From Vampirovibrionaceae bacterium NZW_1234 (GTDB taxonomy: Bacteria; Cyanobacteriota; Vampirovibrionia; Vampirovibrionales; JAGQHJ01): a DNA stretch of 64,000 nucleotides. The notes beneath the pieces were generated by a model, which ran no database searches, was not told where the DNA came from, and saw nothing but the letters and a program-made list of their open reading frames with translations. Below, one piece after another: positions 32,088 to 41,078 of this stretch. The stretch spans positions 128,001-192,000 of the forward strand of contig JBGUGD010000030.1 of the NCBI GenBank assembly GCA_041697335.1, in the 5' to 3' direction. How positions within the stretch are numbered: the first letter of the stretch is position 1; the number at the start of each line of letters is the position of its first letter. The position numbers and the translations under genes are program-made.

Positions 32088-33610
32088 CGATTGTAGTCCC
32101 CAGGATTGTTAGTGCCTAAGATTTCATAGTCAATGGACGGCGGGGGTGTCATATGGCGGACAACCAAAGAGCTGCTGACTTGGGCCCCCCCATGGACCGT
32201 GGGTGAGTTGACAATCTTGCCTTTGACCACCATCTGGGTAGAGCTGCCGCCGTCAAAATTCATGGCCTCCACGGCTCCCAAGTTCTTCATGATATGCGCC
32301 ATCTCGGATAAGGTGACGCCCACGGACTTGTTCTGACGGCCATCGACGGTCACCATCAAGAGTTTTCCCGTTTTGGTGTAGCCCACCGCGGTGCGCGGCG
32401 CTGCTTTGGTAAATGCGCCCATGCGAAAAGACTGTTCTTTTAGATCCACGTAAACCTGGCCGTTGCGAACAAGATAGGGGCCCCCACTAACCGCATAGAC
32501 CACGTTGGACCAGTCGGGTGTGGTGAAGAGGTTAATGTTGGCAGGATCGCCGACTTTGAGGCTGTCTGTCAATGCCGACTGAGGACCGATGATGACAAAG
32601 CCATCAGTGGGAATACTCATTCGATCCGTGGAAATGGCGGCAATACGATTGTTGATAATCTGGATCTGGACGCCATCCTTGGAGGTGGGTGGGGCCTGGT
32701 TACCCCAGTATGGAGAATACAGGATGTATTGCTCCTTGTTGACCCGGGGTTGGTTGACGGTATGAAGGCTTAACGTTGTTTGCTGCGACGTGAGCTTGCC
32801 TTTGAGACTGACTCGAGCCATCTTAAGCTCTTTGTCTCCGGTTAGGCCCAGGCTGACCCGGTTGTATAAGGGGCCCGTAATCAGTTCCTTGTTGCGGATG
32901 ACCGTGCCCAGAACGGTGCCTTTATCGGGCTTAAAAAACGAGGCGTTGATACCGGCCACCGCTCCGGCCCGATTGACCATTTGCGTGACCCGAGCTTTGC
33001 TGTGAATTTTATCCCCGGCCAAGACCGGTTCGACCACGATGGCCGGATCCTTCATATCCACCTCCAGCACATGAATGCTGATGGGCCCATGGCCCGAGGA
33101 TTTGACGATATGCTGATGCATCACGCCAGGAGCAATGGCTTGCTGGCGGTTGGTCTGATACTGATCCGGAATGCTGATCAGCAACCGGTTGGGATTTTGC
33201 AGGGGGGTGACTTTGAGCCCGCCTCGGCCCTGGTGTTTCAAAAAGACTTGAATTTTGTTGCCTTGGGCTTCCCAGTAGACGCTGTTGAGGTTGCGGTTGC
33301 CCGTGACCGGCAGGCTTTGGGTGGTGAGCGTGGGGCTGAGCTTGCCTTCAAACTGCAAGGTGGTCAGGCTGTCGGAATGTTGTTGTACGCTATAGCCTTT
33401 GGGATCGGCACTCAAGTCCAGAACCACATCCACCCGATTGGGTTGGGGAATGAGACGGACTTTGGTCAGGTCGGCCGCAGCATCGGCACGCAGGGTCAAG
33501 ACCCCCAGAAAAAGAGCCAAGCCCACTTTATGAAACACTTTCCATTGCTTGAGATTCAACACGTTCACGTCATCACTCCCATTGGACCACGCCTCTTTAC
33601 ATGTAAACAT
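32084..33610 (-). CDS. Phosphodiester glycosidase (NAGPA-like) family exported protein
   Basis: GINASFF, GGPYLV, PRTAVG, VDGRQ, AMNFDGGSST; true start probably near 33568. Confidence 0.87.
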   Translation of the reverse strand: MFTCKEAWSNGSDDVNVLNLKQWKVFHKVGLALFLGVLTLRADAAADLTKVRLIPQPNRVDVVLDLSADPKGYSVQQHSDSLTTLQFEGKLSPTLTTQSLPVTGNRNLNSVYWEAQGNKIQVFLKHQGRGGLKVTPLQNPNRLLISIPDQYQTNRQQAIAPGVMHQHIVKSSGHGPISIHVLEVDMKDPAIVVEPVLAGDKIHSKARVTQMVNRAGAVAGINASFFKPDKGTVLGTVIRNKELITGPLYNRVSLGLTGDKELKMARVSLKGKLTSQQTTLSLHTVNQPRVNKEQYILYSPYWGNQAPPTSKDGVQIQIINNRIAAISTDRMSIPTDGFVIIGPQSALTDSLKVGDPANINLFTTPDWSNVVYAVSGGPYLVRNGQVYVDLKEQSFRMGAFTKAAPRTAVGYTKTGKLLMVTVDGRQNKSVGVTLSEMAHIMKNLGAVEAMNFDGGSSTQMVVKGKIVNSPTVHGGAQVSSSLVVRHMTPPPSIDYEILGTNNPGDYNR

Positions 33611-34015
33611 CGATTCCCCGAAACCGGCTGAGCTGTTTAGAGGATTCCCTGGAAAGTTTCCTCAACCGCGCCGAGCTTCCGCTGGATTATACCCTCCAAG
33701 TGAATGGTATCCTTGTGGGATATCATTTGCTGTTTTGATAGTTACTATATTCATTATAGGAAATTTTTCGGTTCCGGTTTGGTTTTTTCTAAAATGTTTA
33801 GAGTCTTACGGCGGTTATCGGCAACAAATGGGACTTTCTGAAGGGTGTTTTTATAAAATGACCGTTATTTGTGAGGTTTGTTCCCCGGTGTGAGATGAAA
33901 ATAAACAAGGAACCCTCTCGGGATGACAGGCCAACTTGATAGGGTATCATAGGCATAGATGGGCCTGATCGGCCTTCGGTCGAATCGGGTGTGTCGCAAC
34001 TAGGAGGATGTCCTC

Positions 34016-35377
34016 ATGGAGACCCAACTTCAGCCAGCACATCGGATTTTGATTCTGGGCGGTGGCTTTGCCGGGATTAATGCCATGATGACGTTGGAAA
34101 AGCTCTTAAAACACCGGCGCGATGTGGAAATAACCCTGGTGAGTGAAGAGAACTTTTTTCTGTTCACCCCCATGCTGTCGGAAGTGGCCATTGGGGCCGT
34201 GGATCCTCGCCATATTCTGACGCCCATTCGACAGCTGTGCCATCAAACCCGCTTTTATCGGGGCAAGGTGATGAGCATGGACTTTGCCTCCAAAAGTGTT
34301 GAGATCTTGCGCCGTGACCGGCCTGACGAGCCTCACGAGATTTTGAAGTATGATGACCTGATTCTGGCTTTGGGCAGTACCTCAAATCGCATGCTGGTTC
34401 CCGGGGTGTTTCAACATGCCTTTGACTTTAAAGACATCGGTGATGCCATTGCCATTCGCAATCATATTTTGGACATGTTTGAATGTGCCGAATCGGCCAT
34501 GGATACAGCCCAAAAACGGGCCTTTTTGACTTTTACCATTATTGGGGGCGGATACTCCGGGGCTGAATTGGCAGCGGCCATACGGGAATTGGCGCTTCGG
34601 ATTGTGCCCCTGTACCCCTCGATTTCAGTCGACGACATTCGCGTGTTGATCATTGAGGCCCAGAACCGGATCTTGTCCGCGTTGCCCGAAGATCTGTCGG
34701 AGGATGCCCATAAGACCCTGGAAGCCATGGGGGTTGAGGTGTATCTCAATACCCGGGCCCAGGAGGTGGGATCCACGTGGCTGGAGTTGCATACGGGCGT
34801 TCGGATTCCGGCTCATACGGTGGTGTGGACTACCGGCATTGTGGTGCTCCCCTTGATGTGTGGCCTGCCTGTGGATAAGGATTCCAAAGGCCGGCCCGTC
34901 TGTGGTGCGGATCTTCGCTTTGAAGGGTATGACTCGGTTTGGGCCATTGGGGATAACGTCTTGACGCCCCGGCCTGAAGGCGAAGGGTATTTCCCGGCAA
35001 CCGCCCAGATTGCCGTTCGCCAGGGCCAACATGTGGCTCGTAATCTGGTTCGGGTGTTGCAGGGACAACCAACGGTGCCCTTTGCCTATGAACCCAAGGG
35101 GGAAATGGTGGTCCTGGGGGAACGATCGGCCGTGGCTGTGATTATGGGGCGGAAACTGACGGGATTCCCTGCTTGGTTGTTGTGGCGGCTGTTCTATCTG
35201 TCTCGTCTGCCCACGTGGAAGAAGAAATTGCGCGTGGGGGTGGATTGGCTTCTCAATATTTTCGGGCCTTTGGAGACCACCCAATTAAAATCCTACTTCG
35301 ACGATCAGCCCGGGACCCGATCTCCTGAGATGAGCCCCATCCCCATGATGTCGAAGCCCCCATCCCGAGGGACATAG
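34016..35377 (+). CDS. Type II NADH dehydrogenase-like FAD oxidoreductase
   Basis: GGGFAG, FTPML, GGGYSGAE, WAIGD, ATAQIAVRQG; AGGAGG SD. Confidence 0.9.
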   Translation: METQLQPAHRILILGGGFAGINAMMTLEKLLKHRRDVEITLVSEENFFLFTPMLSEVAIGAVDPRHILTPIRQLCHQTRFYRGKVMSMDFASKSVEILRRDRPDEPHEILKYDDLILALGSTSNRMLVPGVFQHAFDFKDIGDAIAIRNHILDMFECAESAMDTAQKRAFLTFTIIGGGYSGAELAAAIRELALRIVPLYPSISVDDIRVLIIEAQNRILSALPEDLSEDAHKTLEAMGVEVYLNTRAQEVGSTWLELHTGVRIPAHTVVWTTGIVVLPLMCGLPVDKDSKGRPVCGADLRFEGYDSVWAIGDNVLTPRPEGEGYFPATAQIAVRQGQHVARNLVRVLQGQPTVPFAYEPKGEMVVLGERSAVAVIMGRKLTGFPAWLLWRLFYLSRLPTWKKKLRVGVDWLLNIFGPLETTQLKSYFDDQPGTRSPEMSPIPMMSKPPSRGT

Positions 35378-35589
35378 CCGGGCTGCTCAAAGATCGAGAG
35401 TGTGGGTCGTCGGCACCTTGATGTTATTTGGCCTGTTGTTCTTTTTGAGCGGAGGAGCGAAATGTCGGCCCAAGGGGCACCCTTGAAAAAATCCTCCCTA
35501 AAAAAACTTACGAAATTTTAAATCCTGTGTTACCATCAAAACAGTAAGTTCTGGAGTGTCAAGTAATAGAGAGAGTTGGGTAATACACC

Positions 35590-36003
35590 GTGACATATTC
35601 ACACAGCGCGGCGGTTCAGCAGGAACCGAAACACCTTTCCGATGTTACCTACCTATCCCCACTTTCCCAGCATGTGGTACGTTTGCCGCAGCAGAAGACC
35701 GGTCTATCTCCGGTTCAGAAGCTGGGATACGGACTCTTGACGATTGCCTTTGCCTTTGGCCTCGCACAAGCGCTGCGCTGTGGCATTGCCAGCGGAATTA
35801 AGCTGGAACGCCTCGCTGCACAATTGTCGATGCTGGAGCAAGTGCATCAGCAAGCCCAAGTGGAGCAGGCCCGGTTGCAGGATAAAATTTCCCTGTACAG
35901 TTCCCCCATTGGTATTGAAGAAATGGCACGGGAACGGTTGGGGATGGTTGCCGACGATGAGGTTCTGGTTCGGCTTTATCCCGTTTCAGTGGCCCAGCGA
36001 TAG
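35590..36003 (+). CDS. Septum formation initiator (FtsB/DivIC family)
   Basis: One TM helix, coiled coil, IEEMARERLGMV..DE. Confidence 0.8.
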   Translation: MTYSHSAAVQQEPKHLSDVTYLSPLSQHVVRLPQQKTGLSPVQKLGYGLLTIAFAFGLAQALRCGIASGIKLERLAAQLSMLEQVHQQAQVEQARLQDKISLYSSPIGIEEMARERLGMVADDEVLVRLYPVSVAQR

Positions 36004-36070
36004 GCAGAGATTCTTCTCCAAAGGGGTATAATCGAGAGAATCGTGTGTTCGGCGGAATGCCAAGTTAACT

Positions 36071-36106
36071 GAAAAAGCCCTTGTTAATCTGGACAAGGGC
36101 TTTTTC
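36071..36106. terminator. Bidirectional intrinsic terminator
   Basis: gaaaaagcccttgtt-aatctg-gacaagggctttttc. Confidence 0.85.
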
Positions 36107-36143
36107 TCAAGCACAGATACGAGAAACAGATTTCCCCCCGCAC

Positions 36144-36779
36144 TTACTGGATTCGATGGTTGTTCACCCGAAAGGTAACCGGCTCAATTTCTTTGCCATA
36201 AAGCTTCAGGGTGAATTCATCCAACGGGGCAATGTCATCGTATTTGAAATGATAAGTATTGATTGCCGAATAGGGCAGAATGGCCGCCGACTTGTCCTCA
36301 TCGGCCAGGTATTGGGGAATGGATTTAGTGGGATAGATGGTTCGATTGCGGCCGTTGCCCACGCCTTCAATAACGGCATAGTACTTTTTGGCAAAGTCGG
36401 AGCTGTTGCCATAGAGGGAGACAATAAATTTAACGCTCGGGTGGAGGTAAATATAGTCAATGTCCTGGACAATGGCTTTGCGGGTTTTGCTGACTGCTTC
36501 CGGACTTGCCACGGAGCCTTTGAACTTGCGCTTAGACGCGGTGCGGGCAATGTCCATGTAGGGGGTGTAAATGTTCAGCAATGCCCCGTTTTGCCCCTCA
36601 ATCCAGTTGCTGCCCAGGAATGTGCTGCGAGGCAGGCCCCGGTTTTCCATGCCGTATTTAACTGCTTCGCTGATGGTGCGATCGGTCAGCTTGACCATGC
36701 CGTATGCAGGCCATGGGCCGATGACGGTGATAACGAGACTCAGCAAAAGCAAAAACGGGATAAAAGGGCGGTGTGTCAT
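36144..36779 (-). CDS. Exported hypothetical protein
   Basis: MTHRPFIPFLLLLSLVITVIGPWPAYG signal-like N-terminus; AGGA SD. Confidence 0.75.
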   Translation of the reverse strand: MTHRPFIPFLLLLSLVITVIGPWPAYGMVKLTDRTISEAVKYGMENRGLPRSTFLGSNWIEGQNGALLNIYTPYMDIARTASKRKFKGSVASPEAVSKTRKAIVQDIDYIYLHPSVKFIVSLYGNSSDFAKKYYAVIEGVGNGRNRTIYPTKSIPQYLADEDKSAAILPYSAINTYHFKYDDIAPLDEFTLKLYGKEIEPVTFRVNNHRIQ

Positions 36780-36912
36780 GAAACGATCCTCGGCTTGGGG
36801 TTTATATCGTGACGGAGATGGGCATGATTTACCAGAGGCTTGGTTTATTTTATTGTAGAACAAGGATACCCGAAAGACGACTCGGGCCAGAAAGACAATA
36901 AGGGATTACATC

Positions 36913-38163
36913 ATGGGAAAACGTGTGTTTGTGGTTGTTATTGACGCCCTGGGTGTTGGCGCATTACCGGATGCACCGGCTTTTAACGATGCCATGACGG
37001 TCAATACCCTGGGCAACATTGATGCCAATGTGTCTTCTTTTTCGCTCCCTACCATGGCCTCTCTGGGGCTTGGGTACATTACCCCGATGCGCCACATTGA
37101 AGCCGTGGCTTCTCCTAAGGGGTTTTATGGCAAGATGGCCGAGTACTCCCAAGGCAAGGATACGACTACCGGCCATTGGGAGATGATGGGTATTTACCTG
37201 GAAAAGCCGTTTCGTGTGTACCCGGACGGGTTTCCGCCTGAAATTATTAACGCGTTTATTGAGCGCACAGGCTGTGGGCAGGTTCTGGGCAATATCCCAG
37301 CCTCGGGGACTGCCATTTTAGACCAGTTGGGGCCGGAGCATCTGGCCACGGGCTATCCCATTGTGTATACCAGCGCGGACAGCGTGTTTCAAATTGCGGC
37401 CCATGTGGAGAAAGTCCCGCTTGCAACCTTGTATCGCTGGTGCGAAGTGGCTCGGGAATTATTGCAAGGCGAGCATGAAGTCTCTCGTGTGATTGCTCGG
37501 CCCTTTATGGGCACCCCTGGCAAGTTTGAACGCTTGGGTGGCGATCGCAGAGACTACGCTGTTCCGCCACCGCCGGGCAGTTGTCTGGATGCCATTAAAC
37601 AAGCTCACGGTGTTGTTCTGGCTGTGGGTAAGATTGAAGATATCTTCTGCCAGGTGGGGGTCACCCATGCCATCCATACCAAGGGGAATACTCACGGGCT
37701 AGAGGTTTTGGGACAGATTGTCCGTAACGAGTTGCCCTTGGAACCGCTAAACATCACGGATCAGCCGCCGTCTGCCTTTGATGCCAACCGTCAATTCGTC
37801 TTTGTCAACTTGGTTGATACGGATATGAAATACGGTCATCGCCGGGATGTGGAAGGCTACGCCCGTGCCCTGGAAGAAATCGATGCGGCCTTCGGTCGCC
37901 TGCTTCCCTTACTTGGGCCTGACGATTTACTAATGATTACGGGTGATCATGGCTGTGACCCGACCGCACCGGGCTCAGATCACACCCGGGAGTACATTCC
38001 CATTGTGATGTATTCGCCTGCCTTATCCGGTGGGAATGTTGGGACTCGTCAGAGTTTTGCCGACATCGGTCAAACGGTGTTGCATTGGTTAGGTTTGTCC
38101 AACACCGCTGTGCCCGGAGTATCGATGCTGACCGATGTGGGTCAACCTGTGCCTTCTGCCTAA
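36913..38163 (+). CDS. deoB: Phosphopentomutase
   Basis: DALGVG, GKDTTTGHWE, YTSADSVFQIAAH, RVIARPF, YGHRRD, DHGCDP, DHTREY. Confidence 0.96.
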   Translation: MGKRVFVVVIDALGVGALPDAPAFNDAMTVNTLGNIDANVSSFSLPTMASLGLGYITPMRHIEAVASPKGFYGKMAEYSQGKDTTTGHWEMMGIYLEKPFRVYPDGFPPEIINAFIERTGCGQVLGNIPASGTAILDQLGPEHLATGYPIVYTSADSVFQIAAHVEKVPLATLYRWCEVARELLQGEHEVSRVIARPFMGTPGKFERLGGDRRDYAVPPPPGSCLDAIKQAHGVVLAVGKIEDIFCQVGVTHAIHTKGNTHGLEVLGQIVRNELPLEPLNITDQPPSAFDANRQFVFVNLVDTDMKYGHRRDVEGYARALEEIDAAFGRLLPLLGPDDLLMITGDHGCDPTAPGSDHTREYIPIVMYSPALSGGNVGTRQSFADIGQTVLHWLGLSNTAVPGVSMLTDVGQPVPSA

Positions 38164-38180
38164 AATTGGCTTACACGGCT

Positions 38181-39644
38181 TTAATGAGAAAAGCTAATAT
38201 TGCTGTGATAATGAATTGCCCGCTCTGGGGTGTTTATCGCAGCCGGTTTTTGTCCGTCCTGCATAATGTCATAGATGACCCATTCAATGGGTGTGCGTTT
38301 GCCTTCTGCCGGATGCGTGGCATCGGATACGCCATAGGGCATTAAGATGTGAGACAAAGCGCCATAGTCGATGTGATTGGCTTCAGGAAAGATACGGGTT
38401 TTATAGGCATTGGAGGCTTGGACGAAGCCCTCCAGATCCAGATTGTATGGTGTTTCTCGCGGGGGTAGAAACAAGGCACTGCTCAGGGGAATCGCACCAT
38501 CGTTGTAGCGAAACAGATTTATAAACTCCCCTTCCGGCTTTTCGGCTGTCCGAGATGGCAGTTCGGCAAGCTGGCGATTGGTGTAGCGCATGACACTGTT
38601 GGGAGAATAAATATAATTGGGCAACACTGTTCCAATGACCCTGCCGGGCAATTTGATAAGATCAGCAGGGGTGGGGAGGGGAAGGCTGTTTTTGGCTTCT
38701 TTGGGGCGGGTGTAGTTGTTTTCCAGATAGCTGGCATGGATGATGAGTTTGGTTTTATAGGCACGAATGTATTCCTGCTCTTCTGCAGTGTAAGGTTTCC
38801 AAGGGGATTCAATCTTTCGTTTTCCTTTGGCGTAAGTGAGAGGATGGGATTGATCAAAATCATTCCAACGCAGTTGCTCGATAAGATTACCCTTATGGGC
38901 CATATAATACTGATAAAGGGCTTTTTCCATTACTTTGCGAATGGGTGAGGGGTTGGGTGGCCGCAAGTGGTTGACATACCAGTTACGCGAGAACAAAGGT
39001 GAGCCGTGAAAGGGGACGGCAATGGCAAAGACCTTGTCGACCCGGTTGAAAATGGCCGGATCCTGCATGACATCATACCCAATCAGTCCTCCCAGGCTGT
39101 ACGTCACTAAGATGTATTTTTGTTCCGGGGGCAGGTTGGCAAAATGCTTGTTCAGTTCTCTCAGAAAATCCTGGCTCAGCCGACCCCGCTTTTCCGTGGA
39201 GTCGTAGAGATACAGGTAGAGTTTGTACTTTTCTTTGAAGGAGGGTGTTTGGTTGGCAACGACATTGAATTTCTTCCACCAGACACCAAACTGGTACTCT
39301 TCGGCCCGACCCGGAACCAGAATAACCGGGGTTCGGGTTCCCAAGGGGGAAGTGTCAAAGGCATACATGTAATCGTATTGCTTTAAAAAGAAGCGGGTAA
39401 AGCGGTTTGGCACGGTTTGCTCTTTTTTGACCCGAGAATGAATACTGTTCGCCTTGGTTTGGGGTTCTTCGAGAACCTCTTCGGCACATGTGTAAGCAAG
39501 GTTACTGACGAGAAACGATCCCATCACCAACAAGGTGACCAAGACGGGGCCAGAGAATTTTGTGAAAAACTGAAGGCATCGTTGCCACATCAGCGTGCGA
39601 GGGGAAAACGGCATAAGGATGAGACTCGAAAAGGGGTACAGCAA
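38181..39644 (-). CDS. Membrane-anchored or secreted alpha/beta hydrolase (lipase/esterase-like)
   Basis: VILVPG, nucleophile elbow TYSLGG, PFHGSP, NDGAIP, late His (ANHID); N-terminal hydrophobic helix. Confidence 0.72.
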   Translation of the reverse strand: MLYPFSSLILMPFSPRTLMWQRCLQFFTKFSGPVLVTLLVMGSFLVSNLAYTCAEEVLEEPQTKANSIHSRVKKEQTVPNRFTRFFLKQYDYMYAFDTSPLGTRTPVILVPGRAEEYQFGVWWKKFNVVANQTPSFKEKYKLYLYLYDSTEKRGRLSQDFLRELNKHFANLPPEQKYILVTYSLGGLIGYDVMQDPAIFNRVDKVFAIAVPFHGSPLFSRNWYVNHLRPPNPSPIRKVMEKALYQYYMAHKGNLIEQLRWNDFDQSHPLTYAKGKRKIESPWKPYTAEEQEYIRAYKTKLIIHASYLENNYTRPKEAKNSLPLPTPADLIKLPGRVIGTVLPNYIYSPNSVMRYTNRQLAELPSRTAEKPEGEFINLFRYNDGAIPLSSALFLPPRETPYNLDLEGFVQASNAYKTRIFPEANHIDYGALSHILMPYGVSDATHPAEGKRTPIEWVIYDIMQDGQKPAAINTPERAIHYHSNISFSH

Positions 39645-39713
39645 ATTGGAGCAATGTTTCTTGATTTTAGCGTGGATTACTGGAGAGCGGAGACTGCGTT
39701 TGACGTATCTTTT

Positions 39714-40997
39714 CTAGAAAGCCGCCTCATGGTGGTGAGAAAACTGCTCGAGACGGGCTTGGGGAAGCAGGGTTTGGTAGAGATCATCTAATTGGTGGAT
39801 TTGTGTTTGAATATCAAAATTTGCCTGGACCTGGGCCTGACAAGCCGCATGCATGCGGCCCAGATTCATGCGCTGGTCATAAATATGGGTCAGGCATTCG
39901 GCCAGAGCTCTAGGGTTGTTCGGCTCGTAGAAAAACCCGTGGATCCGGTCCTCAATGATTTCAGGATACGGGCCACTCCGGGGCACGACAACAGGGATGC
40001 CCCGCAGGAGGCTTTCTAAGACAGTTCGGCCAAAGGCTTCGTTAGAGGAGGGCATCAGCAGTACGTCCTGATGACGATAACATGTATCGATGTCTTCTGT
40101 GTAAGGGGTGAGATCAACGACGTTAAAGAGGTCATGGCGTTCCAGGGTCTCACGAATATGCCGTTCAAAGCGCGGGTCAATAAAGTGCCCATACGCCTGA
40201 AGGCGAAACGGCATGGACGCTCCCCACTGGGCTTTGAGTATGGCCATGGCGTCAATCACATCTTGAAAGCGTTTGCCATCACTCAATCGTCCCAGATACA
40301 GCAGGTGTAGCGGTTGATTTTCATCTTTGGCCGGTCGAGGTGGCCATTGGGGTATGGGCTCCAAATCAATGGCATTGGGCAGGATCCGGTAACGTTGGGG
40401 GGTATTCTGGGTATAAGGGGTAAACTGCTGATAAACATAGTCCGAAATACACAACACCTTCGCTGAAAAGGCATGTACGATGGCTTTGGTGATGTTGGCT
40501 CCTAAGGTTAGTTGAAACCGATGTGATTGGGCGTTAAACATTTCGCGAATGTGCCATACATGAGGGACTCCGGCCATATGGGCTGCCAAAGCACCTTCCA
40601 AGGAAATCAAGGAGTTGGTGTGAACGATATCAATACGGTGCTGGCGAATGAGCTGAACCAACGACAGAATGCGTCCTGAGTTTATCAACAATGCCCCCAC
40701 GTCACCCAGGCGCTGCAGGAGATTACGACGCGTATGCTTGGCACTGGGGAGCCGGGAATGAGAGAGAACGGTGACGCCAGGCAGGGCTTCCAACAGAGTG
40801 CGAAGTGGCCCGTCCTTGGCCATGGAGACGTAAACGTGATAGCGCTCCTTGGGCAATTGCTCGGCCATCAAGAGCAGGCTTTTCTGGGAGCCAAACACGG
40901 CCCCATCATGGCAGAGAAAGAGGACGCGGATTTTTGAGTTGGGTGAGGCAGGGGCCGAAGCAGTAGGCATGGTCGAGCGGCGAGGGAGGGTTCTCAT
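39714..40997 (-). CDS. GT4 family glycosyltransferase
   Basis: HVWHIRE, GRLSDGKR, EAFGRTVLE (EX7E). Confidence 0.92.
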   Translation of the reverse strand: MRTLPRRSTMPTASAPASPNSKIRVLFLCHDGAVFGSQKSLLLMAEQLPKERYHVYVSMAKDGPLRTLLEALPGVTVLSHSRLPSAKHTRRNLLQRLGDVGALLINSGRILSLVQLIRQHRIDIVHTNSLISLEGALAAHMAGVPHVWHIREMFNAQSHRFQLTLGANITKAIVHAFSAKVLCISDYVYQQFTPYTQNTPQRYRILPNAIDLEPIPQWPPRPAKDENQPLHLLYLGRLSDGKRFQDVIDAMAILKAQWGASMPFRLQAYGHFIDPRFERHIRETLERHDLFNVVDLTPYTEDIDTCYRHQDVLLMPSSNEAFGRTVLESLLRGIPVVVPRSGPYPEIIEDRIHGFFYEPNNPRALAECLTHIYDQRMNLGRMHAACQAQVQANFDIQTQIHQLDDLYQTLLPQARLEQFSHHHEAAF

Positions 40998-41078
40998 GCG
41001 ACTCCAAATATTACTGATGTCTCAGTTTGTCTTCACGTTGTACCGTAACGCAAAAACCCAGCCCAAGCAATGTGGCGA

